NCBI RefSeq assembly: GCF_052425735.1
Contig: NC_135764.1
Span: 9,796,001 to 9,860,000 of the forward strand
Source of the DNA: Oculina patagonica
Lineage: Eukaryota
Direction of reading: 5' to 3'
Length of the DNA: 64,000 nt
Shown piece after piece: positions 24,751-36,308 of this stretch; positions within the stretch are counted from its first letter, which is position 1; each line of letters begins with the position of its first letter. The translations under genes and the position numbers were made by a program. The notes beneath the pieces were generated by a model. That model saw only the letters and a list, made by a program, of their open reading frames with translations. It was not told the DNA's origin and made no database searches.

Positions 24751-26509
24751 CGTGGAGACGTCTTGCTTCGAACTACTAAATGAAACTGAATGTCCCATTT
24801 TTATATCTTTGGGTAAAACAGCACTCGGATATGCCCTGCTGCCAGCGTGCCGAAAAAAGGCAAGATATTGACAAATCACGTCAATATTACTCACTTGAAA
24901 ACTAAGTTTAGTTACAATTATATACATAGTTTTTTATTTTACTGACTATTTTATGTTTTAATCGGCGAGATGCCCAAATATGATAAAGTTCTCATGTAGC
25001 CGCTGAGTATAGAAATAACTACATGTTATTAAATATAACTATATATTGAAGTTTAAAAGACCACCTCTGAGGTTAAGGCGTGGTCTTAACTTCGATCTTC
25101 CGTAAACCTTCAAAACGTTTCCCTGACGTCACTTGAAACGCCCAACCTTTCTCAACTACTTCACTTTGTTGATTAACTGAGTTAATATCGTTGGTATGGA
25201 TATGCTTTCCAAATAAAGCAAATCCATCTTTTTATATCGTTTATCAAAAAATTTAAGCGCATTCGGAGGTATTCGCCTTCAACAAAATATTTTAATCTTG
25301 GAAAAAGTTAATGTATGTTCCAATTCAATTTTGAACCCTCGACTGCTTCATTGAAGGAAATTCCAAAAAAAAAAAGGTTTGATTTGGTTTTAGAAATCCC
25401 CACCACAATGTTTTGATTTTTCATTTTTTTTTTATTAAACATGGTAAATATTTTTCTGTTACATGGCAACCGTTAAATATCCTTTTGAAAACAATCATAC
25501 ATCCGAGTACTTATAAGTGAACCCTTGTAAAAAGTAACCGGAAATGTTTGGATGTTTTGAAATAGAAAAATATTTATATATTTCTCACTATCTTGCCATG
25601 TTCGTGTCAATGAATTACTTCCAACTACGTAATCACAAGTAAAACGTCAAATCGCGGCTTCCGCTGCCTGTTCCTTGGCCAGAGAGCTCAATACTTGAAT
25701 CAGGACCGAAGTTTCACAAACAGCGAGGAACAGTGTTGTAAAAACGACTGGGTTTAAACCTTAACTTGACGTAGCTGTAGATGGAAAATGTCGCAGCAGC
25801 ACTTAATAGGTAGAGATTAATAAAATCTTATTATTCGGGCAATATTACAATTCATAATGCATTAAATATTTTCGCTCACGCGCGATTGTTTAATAAGCGT
25901 CACTTGACACAATATGCCCCAACTAAAACTAAAATTGGGAAATATCCGAGGGAAATTCCCCAAGTGATATTTCCCGTTTCCCAACTCTGTGATTTATGCT
26001 TGCACGCTCAGTGTACATGCATCTTTGAAAACTGTTCACTTCTCAAGACAGATTATGTCCGCGGACTAATATATATCTAAGCCCCCATTTTCGAGTTAAA
26101 TGGAGGCATTTTTATAAATATCAAACTTTTCCTGCGTCGTTTCGTGTTCTGTTTTAGTCTTAAAATTTCTTTAGTTTTAGAACTCTCTAACGAACGCATT
26201 TATTTAAGATTTGGTATTCTGCTCGAATTTTGCATGAAGTTGGTAAAAAGTCTTGTTTCCTTTTAGCCCTTTGATTGCCTTTTAAACCAGGACCCGTATT
26301 TATGAATTCATCCTCAGTCATAAAAGACTTCTTCGTACTTCGGGACGTATTATGTCTGAGCTTTAATTGTAAGACATATCTGTTGAGAAACTTCTTAGTA
26401 AGTTAGCAGGTCCGTTCTGTAAGGTATTCACAATACGGACCTGCTTGCTTACTAAGAAATTTCTCAACTTTCATTGTATTTTCAAGCAAACTACAATCCC
26501 ATCGACTTC

Positions 26510-26554
26510 ATCGCCTGATGAAGTCTAGCAGTATTGCAGTCGAAACGTCGCGAT
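26510..26554 (+). ncRNA. Degenerate minimal hammerhead (Penelope pseudo-LTR relic)
   Basis: ATCGC-CTGATGA-agtctagcagtattgcagtc-GAAAC-GTC-GCGAT. Stem I is perfect; stem II is imperfect. Confidence 0.6.
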
Positions 26555-26841
26555 CAACATATCTCAAAGCGATTCTATCGTGAGACAAACGAATAAACGT
26601 TCATTACCTATCTTACACCACAATGAACAATACTGATTTACATATTTAATGACATATTTCTTGTTGTACATGTACTTGGTAAATTGGTGAACCTCAGCCT
26701 AACATTTTTGTCGGGAAACAGTTTCAATGCGAAACTTGTATTTAATTGTTTAACCTATATCACTTCTTTACGTTGCCAATAAATTCAATTCAGATTATTG
26801 ATATGTTGTTGGAAAGTTCACATGTTAGTAACTTTTGTGTC

Positions 26842-26937
26842 GAGAAGTCATCAGATCGCCAGATTGTACGGCGCTTATTTCGAGTCCGTCGCTTCTTCCG
26901 CGGCACTCGTAGATTCTTCCGCCGCTTCCGTGGCTAA
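26842..26937 (+). pseudogene. 5'-deleted type A copy retaining only EKSSDR plus the mature peptide
   Basis: Upstream flank matches about 37440-37606 and then jumps to the equivalent of 39558. About 1.95 kb (promoter, exon 1, pro-region) is missing. Confidence 0.8.
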
Positions 26938-27795
26938 AGAAGCAACACTTACAAGTTCTAGGTATGCACGCCCCAAGTTTTGAGCTGTCATGTCTTCACT
27001 TTAGTTAAGGCACTCTTAACTAATAATCTTAAGCCACAGTTTCAACTTGACTTCAGAAATGATAAAAAATGACTAATTGTTACAATTAATAATCATTATA
27101 GCTAGAACTTGATTGATTAAACCGACTATGGTTATCTGGGCCTTAAGTTAAGAATGCCTGAAAAAATATCATAATGATTGGCGTGTATTATCGTTAAGGT
27201 CATTGCCCCGAAATAAAACTGAACATAGATTTTTAACCAAACTTCGCCTACTGGTTTATTGCTTCAAGGGAACTTAAATTTTGAAATAAAAAAGGGGGGT
27301 CACCAGATTCGTTTAGGAGCAGGACGACCATGTATATTCCATATAATTCCTCTGCGAGTACTGGCAAAGTACACTTTTTTAGCGATAATTTATTTTTCAA
27401 ACACATGAATTGATCTGTTTTCATTTTACAGAAAGAATTTGATCGCTACACCCAAAATATGAGAAAAAATTGATAGGTCACCAGGCTCGTTTAGGAGAAA
27501 GTGACAATTTACTTCTCTCGCGGACTAAGCCACATAGAAAGAAGCCGCCATTTTGTTGATGTGCTCGCGCGCGCGCGCTAATTACGCGTAAAATTCTGCG
27601 CAGTAAGGATGCGCAATGCAAAACAGGGCAATGACCTTAACAACTTGCATACAACTAATGTTTTGATGTTCTGTGGCACTGCATTATTTTTTAGTAACGT
27701 ACGTTATTAAATGCCATGCAAAACTGTTTTGTTTTGTCCTGTTCTCTTATTTTGCATTGTTTCTAAAAAACGATATTGAAGTTATTATTGTTTAA

Positions 27796-28409
27796 CCCTA
27801 TTCAGACCGGGCTTTTTTGGATCTTTTCAGACGGGAGGAGGGTGGGGCGGATTCCCCCCCCCCCCCCCGTCTCCGTAACTTCCAGAATATTTAAGCAATC
27901 AGCAATCACAATGAAACTTGCAGGATATATAGTATGTCCGAAAATCTAACTTTTGATATACGTCACGTGAGATGATGACGTCACATCACGTGTCAATGAC
28001 ATCATAATGCCAAAACAGCCGCCATCTTGAATCCGCCATCTTGGATTTCGAATTTTTTTCACAACGTCAGAAAACCACCCAAAATTACTGGAAAGTACTC
28101 AAAATCAATTAAAGTGTGCTTAAAACCAGTAAAAAGGTGAAAATAATTGCATTAAAGTTATTTTTCATTAATAGAAACACGAAAATTTCTAATTTGGGAG
28201 AACATGCCTGTCAAAATGTCGTTTCCATGGTGACGTCAAGTTCCTGACACAGCAACCGATCCTACCAAATTATTCACAGATAAATTTTAGATAAATTCGA
28301 AAAGTTTGGCAGCGTTTGGTGGAATATTGAAAAAGTTATTAGCGTTCAAAGTCAGCGCGGGCACTTTCCGCCCCCCCTCCCCCCCCCCCCTCCCCCGGTC
28401 TGGATAGAG
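27796..28409. mobile_element. Non-autonomous piggyBac-like element (second family); partial copy at about 5030-5534
   Basis: TTAA|CCCTATTCAGACCGG ... CCGGTCTGGATAGAG|TTAA. Absent from the paralogous type A 3' flanks (about 2920, 40110, 59320). Confidence 0.82.
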
Positions 28410-29867
28410 TTAACCAATAAAATCTTAGAAGAAGGCCTTTTTTGTCCTGCATTTGGTTGTAATTTTATAATTAATTTATGTTCGACACAACATCCGCTAA
28501 TATCAACATGCTAAGCTAATTAAGATAAAAGCTGAAAGCGGAATTAGTAATATATTTGCTAAATAAATGTATTATTTTTCTTAATTCATCTGTCCTTTTA
28601 ATAAATGGTACACAGTTAATTAAATTAATAGCTTCTAAAAGAATATATCTTCAATTTAATCTATACTTTTTTTTCCACAGACGTACCCTCCATGAACAAA
28701 ACTGGAAAGGCCAAGCTCTGTCAATTAACAATACTAGCAACGTTTAATGAGGTAAAGTTTGGAATCTAGAGTAGCTAAAAGCGTAAAACTGTACTGATCT
28801 TCGTTTTAAATAATAAAAAAAAATTAAACGTAGATTTCGGTTGTGATAAGTTAAGTTTTTTTTTTCATATAATTTATATGACTTCCAGAATTCAGAGGCA
28901 GCTGTAGCATCAGGCATTTATTAATTGCTCTTCGATGCACATGAAAGTATTGGCGATACGCGGTCCAAGTAGAGACAGCACCGTCCTCCTGTTCTTTCAC
29001 CTTTCATTGAAAAGAAAACTCGGGCTTGTAGCCTAATTGTTATAAAGAAATGGTTTGTAAAGTTGTGCCGGCGGGTTGGGGGGAGGGGGGTGGTGTGGGG
29101 GGTTTATTAGAATGCGGGGTTTGTTTTAAAATATAAAAACAGTTAGGGTACAGTGGATTTCCTCATGTTTTATTGCTGTTTTTACACATGTTCACACGAA
29201 ACTCATAATAATTATTGTGAAATGTAAAAAAGATGCTTCGGGTGCATGCAATAGTTGCGGTTCCGCTAGCCCTTTTGCCCTCGGGAAAGTATGGCTTTAT
29301 CCAAATGCGAGAGGGGATTGTGTTTTGTGTGTGACCTCAGCACCAACATTGAAACTACCCATGGGAATTCGCTACGGATACGTTAAATCAGGTATAGGCA
29401 AATGTCAAGTTACAGAAACAACAAACAACAACAACACACGCTTTATAACCAAAAGAATGAATAATGTTTAGAAATCAAACATATTGCAAGTTAAGGAAAC
29501 GGAAACATACGATGAGAACATTTTTGTAATTTGGCATTGAACTCGCACCCCATGGCCTTTCACATTCTAGCAGCTACTAACAATTTCAGCGTTATATAGT
29601 AAATCCTCTATTTCAAATGACGAAAAAATCGAAGAGGTCGATTGAAAACATTAAAGAGTTACAAATACGGCGCCAATGCGTGAGGCATTTAGGTAATTAA
29701 TTTACTCTAAGTTTTTCTCGTTTTCTTTGTGAGCTTTTGTGTGATAATTCATTGAGAAAAAACACAGGTAAATGGTCCGAAATAAAATATATTTGTTAAT
29801 TTAAAGAAATCATTGTTTTCCGTTCTCGTTACCTTCAGTTGATTTGAGGCCCCTCAGTACCGAAGCT

Positions 29868-29919
29868 TCAACCGCGGCTTCTGAACCAATTCTTTGTCAA
29901 ATGGATTGTTTAAAGAGTT
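29868..29919 (-). pseudogene. Type B(II) remnant lacking the cationic domain
   Basis: The stop/SRG end (tcaaccgcggcttc) is fused directly to pro-region sequence (aaccaattctttgtcaaatggattg). The 3' flank matches B3/B5. Confidence 0.75.
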
Positions 29920-30100
29920 GAACGAGCGGTACATGTACAAAACGGCCCTTGCATTTGGAGGGAGTTCTCAGCTGGGGAACCCTGTTTGTGGTGAGCCTGG
30001 CAACATACATGGACAAGCTGCTGTACGAGGCCTCCTCGAGTCCATCAAGTATACCATCAAAACGTAATGGATAATGTTTACAAAACGATTTGAAAGTCAT
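29920..30100 (+). pseudogene. Degenerate fragment of the trypsin-like last exon
   Basis: ggagggagttctcagctgggg ... aaacgatttgaaagtcat aligns by eye with about 21845-21996. Confidence 0.55.
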
Positions 30101-30539
30101 ACCTGTGAATTCATGTTCTTTTGAATTGTGCGTATTAGAGAGTAATAGTCATGAAATGATTCTGCCTGTGAGACAGCGTCTCTGACTTCGCTAAACGTTT
30201 GGTTAAGAAGCGAGCCGTGAAAATTGTTGACTGTTATCATCCTTTCTTTGGCCATAACTAATGTGCAGTGTTTACCCCAAAAGCGGAGTGGAGGTGCAGG
30301 GTGAACCTGCGTGGAGGGTCACTCGATTTGAAGGTAGAGTAACCCTGGGAAGCGAACCAAATTTTGTCCAGGTAAACACTTCCGCTCTTTTTGATTCGAC
30401 TACGAGGGGTAATTTCAAGACATACAGAGCTAGCACGATACAGGGAAGGTCAATGTTTGGCCCTGTTGACAGGGACAACCCTTCCTATGTAAACGATAGT
30501 TAAAAGATGGATTGGGACAGAGGCTAACCCTCCTCCTAT

Positions 30540-32029
30540 CAGGCCCGGCCAGGGGGGGTAGTGGGATACCAATATACCCCATTTTTTCCCCCTGGGATAC
30601 CAATATACCTGAAAAATGCAACAACGTTGATACCAAATACCTAGAATTATTACCTAAAAGCCATGTCCATTAAGAAAGGCTGGTGTAACTTAGAGATGGA
30701 CCATTGTTTGCTTGGAGGTAAGGTATCCAATTTTCTTCTAGATAAACTATTTTTTGTGTCGTTTTCCGTGCATGTAAACAATTTTATTCGGGCTTTGACT
30801 TCCAGTAGACATTTTTTTTTTGGTGTCCAGATAGGTGCCTTGGCTGGTTATTTATTTATAGAACTTAAAAAGACATATCCTTTTCCTCTTTGGCGATATT
30901 CCCATGAACTATCATACAATTATACTAATTGAAGTTTTTGAACAGGGCGATTTTTTTAATTTTTGCAGTGAGCAGCATCTGCGAGAACTTTAGTTAAACC
31001 ATTTATTTTTCTCCTACGTGTTTCGTGTGACCAGTGCACACCTCATTTTGATCAGGGACTATTACAGTTATACAAACAAGTAATTTAGGTTTGTCAATGA
31101 CATTTTTTGTAAGCAGCTTCCGATTAAGAATTGGTGGATGTGACCACAGAATGGGGCTGAGATGCCCCCTTTACAAGGGGGGTCTGGGGGCATTCTCCCC
31201 CAGAGAATTTTTTAAAACTAGAAGATCGGAAATGCAATTTCCAGCATTCTGGGCATCAAAAAGAGTGCTGTTGATGATGTATCATGATGTATAAATGGCT
31301 GACTATTTATTGTCGTCAAACTATTTATTTCTCCTTCTCAGGTCTGCAAACAATTTATCTGAGCCTTTTTGCTCTAGCAAACAACTTTTATCGGGATTTT
31401 TTATCTTCCCTCTCCAAAAAAAAATAATGGTCCGTCTCTAATTAACATAGCCTATTAAGGCTACCAAAGTCCAACCCCTCGTCCTCGCCGTGGTAGCTGG
31501 TAACAGGAAAGTAGGGGATTGCCGTCCAGGGCGAAGTATGGTGGAGGATTCGATCCTCCGGGCCGCTACGGTAGCCATGAAGGCCTGCACGGAACCCTGA
31601 AAACCCCTGGCTAACGGGGCTCTGGTGAAGTTTGAAGGGCTAATCACCCATCAAATGGATATTAATGATTACAGAAACCATGGGAAACATGCAATCCGTG
31701 GACCTATGCTCCATGGGGAGCGAAAGGGTTTAAGTCAAGTCTAATTAACAGCTTTTAAAAACGTCAAAACCCGACCATTCATGACCACGTAGTCACACAA
31801 TAACTGCAGATCTTTCTTTTTTTTTAAAAAAAAAAAAGTTACACAAGCACTGTGTATAAGAGTTTTTACGACACTTTAAAAAAGAAAAAAAAAACATTAT
31901 GTTTATATACAGATAACCAAAAATTCAGGAAAACAAGATACTTTATACCTATATTTGGCAAAAAAATACCGAATACCTTGGTTAAAAACACCCAAGATAC
32001 TGTATACCCAAAACCCCTGGCCGGGCCTG
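30540..32029. mobile_element. TIR element with 6-bp target duplication (TCCTAT), containing a nested MITE at 30690-31441
   Basis: CAGGCCCGGCCAGGGG ... CCCCTGGCCGGGCCTG, with empty sites at about 22415 and 51335. Inner TIR TTAGAGATGGACCATT / AATGGTCCGTCTCTAA. Confidence 0.82.
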
Positions 32030-33431
32030 TCCTATCAGGGACATCTTTTTTTCGCATAAACAGGCCCTGAGTATTGATTCTCACAAAATTGGTTAGCCTA
32101 TCTCAAAAAGTTCTTATGAAAACCAATGAAAACACGAATTACATGCGACGCTAAAAAAATCGTTCTTGATCCCTTTATGTAGCTGAACACCATCTAAGCG
32201 CTATATATCGCAAGGAAAAGGAAAGCAAAGCAAACCCTAGAAAAGGAAACATTTATGGCCAATATTTTCTGTTGTTATCGTTGTTGTTGTTGTTACTCAT
32301 AAATGAAACTGGTATATAAATTTAACGTTTATTTTTTATTCTTTATGAAAATGCTAATACAAGCTTTTTAACTTGCTTTCTTTTATATTTTTCATGAGTT
32401 TTAATCTTATTTCTTAGTTTTATTTGTAGAACATTTTATTAGTGGCTTCCTTTTTTCATCCTTGTGATATCCTTGTCAACCTGATGAGATGAAAAAAAAA
32501 AAAACACATATAAATACATGTAAAAAAGCCACACAAGTAGTCTCTGCGTAAGTCGCTCAAAGTATCCCAACACGTGTTTGCACTATCACAACCCTGTTTA
32601 CCTGGCGAGACAGCCAATATAGGCAATAGCAAAAACATGATTTATTATAAGCTGATCTTGTTAACCCTCTGGCCAAACCTCCTCGTAAAATAGACACATG
32701 GTTGACATAGCAAATTGTCCGCAAAGAAAGATCAAACAGCCACTAACAATTTCAGCTTTATAGAGTAAATTATCTTCACATAATAGCAAAAAAAGAAACA
32801 AATTGTCAATATGAACAACATAAAATATTAACGCCATGCAAAGAAACCGATACGTTTTGAAGTTAAATTAACTTTTTAACAATACTGAGGCAGCAGCCTT
32901 TAATGAGCCGGCATTTCTGGTGACGTAACTAACGAACGATAACGGAAAGGAATGTCTGTTGCAGTCAGACCGTAAAAGAAAACATACATATTGGCAAAAT
33001 TTAAACAATGAGAGGTAGTTACTTTAATTATCAACCACGTTTGAAAGAAAAAATGTATGGAATCACATTTGGAGCTCTATCAGTCTTTAAAATAATCTCA
33101 AGATATGCGCAAATTCGGCGACTTATTTCAAACGCACCCCGTTATTCATGGAGGAAAGGGCGGGATGGGAAATAATTTATTCAAGTGAAAATACGGACGA
33201 CTTACAAATTTGGCGCCACTGCGCTATACGTTTAGGTAGTTTATTTAGTCTAAGTTTGTATCGTTTTCTGGGAGCTTTGGTGTGAATATTCATTGAGAAA
33301 AGAAATGAGTAAAGACTTTCAACAGTAAAGAAATGGTTTGAAATGAAACATATCTGTTACAAAACCAAAAAAAAAAAAATCATGTTTTCTTTTCTCGTTA
33401 CCTTGATTTGAAATGCTTCAGTTCCAAAGTT

Positions 33432-34316
33432 TCAACCGCGGCTTCGGCGTCTACGTCGGAAGAATCTTCGAAATCGTCGTCCACGACGGGATCTACGGCG
33501 GCGAATAAGTCGACGAGCTCCGCGGAATATAAGGAAGGGCAGTATTGGATCAGAAGACTTCTCAACCAATTCTTTGTCCAATGGATTGGACAAAGAGTTT
33601 TCTTCCTCGTCATCTGCGTCTTCATCGTTATCGTTTTCGTCTTCATCGTGGCCATCGCTATCTGTTTCGTCTTCATCCAAATCCCCATCACCAACATCCA
33701 ACTTAGGGTTGCTGAACAAGAAACGAAAAAAAGAAAGAGAAAAAAATGAAAAATGTTTTACACGATGTCTTTAAACATTGGCGCTCACTACGTCAAAAAA
33801 TCACTTGCACAGTTCGACATAATCATAACTAATTATAACACACACCAAAAACGCGGGTACAGTGATAAATATAAATGATCAGCTAACATATGAGAAAAAT
33901 GTAGTATGGCAATGCTTCTATGTCTCTGTCCTTTAAACATTACATTTGAAATGCAAAAGGAAAGCTAAACTTGCCTTAAATTAGGATTGCTGTAGTCAAA
34001 CCCCGAAATTCCTTCTTTTTAATTTGGACATTTTAAGTGTTTTCATATCATGCCTCGCCTAGAAAGAGAATAAACTGACCATATCTAAAAAAGCAAAACA
34101 GGTTACCCTTTTTAAATAAAATGTCTTTTTCTCTTCCTCTCTCGACCTTCGTTTTTCTTCACGTACAATCACACTTATCTCTTACCTCTGAGATATGTCG
34201 TTTCCAACTTGTTTCAGTTCACCTTCATACGCCTTGGCTTCATCATCAGTGAATGGCAATGCCAAGCCTATAGCAAGCACAAAGCCAACAAGAGCTACAA
34301 GAATCAATCCTTTCAT
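33432..34316 (-). CDS. Type B(I) prepropeptide B2, 136 aa; exons 34316-34186, 33711-33432
   Basis: Near-identical paralog of B1 with intact splice sites and identical mature peptide. Confidence 0.88.
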
Positions 34317-36212
34317 CGTGGAGACTTCTTGCTTCGAACTAACAAATGAAACTGAATGTCCCATTTTTATATCTTTGGGTAAAACAGCACTCGGATATGC
34401 CCTGCTGCCAACGTGCCGAAAAAAGGAAAGATATTGACAAATCACGTCAATATTACTCACTTGAAAACTAAGTTTAGTTACAATTATATACATAGTTTTT
34501 TATTTTACTGACTATTTTATGTTTTTAATCGGCGAGATGCCCAAATATGATAAAGTTCTCATGTAGCCGCTGAGTATAGAAATAACTACATGTTATTAAA
34601 TATAACTATATATATTGAAGTTTAAAAGACCACCTCTGAAGTTAAGGCGTGGTCTTAACTTCGATCTTCCGTAAACCTTCAAAACGTTTCCCTGACGTCA
34701 CTTGAAACGCCCAACCTTTCTCAACTACTTCACTTTGTTGATTAACTGAGTTAATATCGTTGGTATGGATATGCTTTCTAAATAAAGCAAATCCATCTCT
34801 TTATATCGTTTATCAAAAAATTTAGGCGCATTCGGAGGTATTCGCCTTCAACAGAATATTTTAATCTTGGAAAAAGTTAATGTATGTTCGAATTCAATTT
34901 TGTTCCCTCAACTGCTTCATTGAAGGAAATTCCAAAAAAAAAAAGGTTTGATTTGGTTTTAGAAATCCCCACCACAATGTTTTGATTTTTCAGTTTTTTT
35001 TTTTTTATTAAACATGGTAAATATTTTTCTGTTACATGGCAACATTAAATATCCTTTTGAAAACAATCATATATCCGAGTACTTATAAGTGAACCCTTGT
35101 AAAAAGTAACCGGAAATGTTTGGATGTTTTGAAATAGAAAAATATTTATCTATTTCTCACTATCTTGTCATGTTCGTGTCAATGAATTACTTCCAACTAC
35201 GTAATCACAAGTAAAACGTCAACTCGCGGCTTCCGCTGCCTGTTCCTTGGCCAGAGAGTTCAATACTTGAATCAGGACCGAAGTTTCACAAATTTGCGTG
35301 TACGCCGCTAGTCGACGAGGAACAGTGTTGTGAGAACGACTGGGTTTATAAACTTAACTCAACGTAGCTGTAGGTGGAAAATGTCGCAGCAGTACTTAAC
35401 AAGTAGAGATTAATGAAATTTTATTATTCGGGCAATATTACAATTCATAATCCATCAAATATTATCGCTCACGCGCGATTGTTTAGTAAGCGTCACTTGA
35501 CACAATATATATGCCTCAACTAAAACTAAAATTGGGAAATATCCGAGGGAAATTCCCCAAGTGATATTTCCCGTTTCCCAACTCTGTGATTTATGCTTGC
35601 ACGCTCAGTGTTCAGCCAGAGTAAATTGTTAAATTAAACATATGGTCAATAGAACTAAACTTTTGGAACAGACCAACAATGCTTTGAACGCCAACAGAAT
35701 TATTTTAACGTTTAAACGTTTTGAGAGGAAAGTTTTCCACTATTGGCGGCCTATAAATATTTGAAGGATAATGAAAACAATAGTCGCAATTTGGCTGTAA
35801 AAAAAAGCACGGATATTTGTTCTTGGACAAAATCTGTTTCTCGAAGCTTCGCTCTCGCAAAACTGTTAACTTCTCAAGTTTAGATTATGTCCGCGGACTA
35901 ATATATATCTAAGCCTCCATTTTCAAGTTAAATGGAGGCTTTTTTATAAATATCAAACTTTTCCTGCGTCGTTTCGTGTTCAGTTTTAGTCTTAAAATTT
36001 CTTTAGTTTAAGAACTCTTTAACGAACGCAGTTTTCAAGATCTTGTATTCTGCTCGAATTTTGCATGAAGTTGGTAAAAAGTCCTCTTTCCTTTAGCCCT
36101 TTGATTGCCTCTTAAACCAAGACCCTTATTCATGAATTCATCCTCAGTCATAAAAGACTTCTTCGTACTCCGGGACTGTATTATGTCTGAGCTTTAATTG
36201 TAAGACATGTTT

Positions 36213-36308
36213 GTTGAGAAACTTCTTAGTAAGCAAGCAGGTCCGTTCTGTAAATACTTAAAGGTATTCACAAAACGGACCTGCTTGCTTATTAAGAAAT
36301 TTCTCAAC
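36213..36308. repeat. About 95-bp hairpin repeat between divergent B and A genes (copies at about 26381, 55407; half copy at about 48200)
   Basis: GTTGAGAAACTTCTTAGTAAGCAAGCAGGTCCGTT ... AACGGACCTGCTTGCTTATTAAGAAATTTCTCAAC. Confidence 0.75.

Noticed and set aside
24751-24927. N-terminal extensions in the ORF track (MYIIVTKLSF...; MALCEHG... at 1839)
   Set aside because: They run through the TATA box, are not open in all paralogs (absent for B3), and the type A ones start at non-ATG codons. The true starts are MKGL and MNKL.
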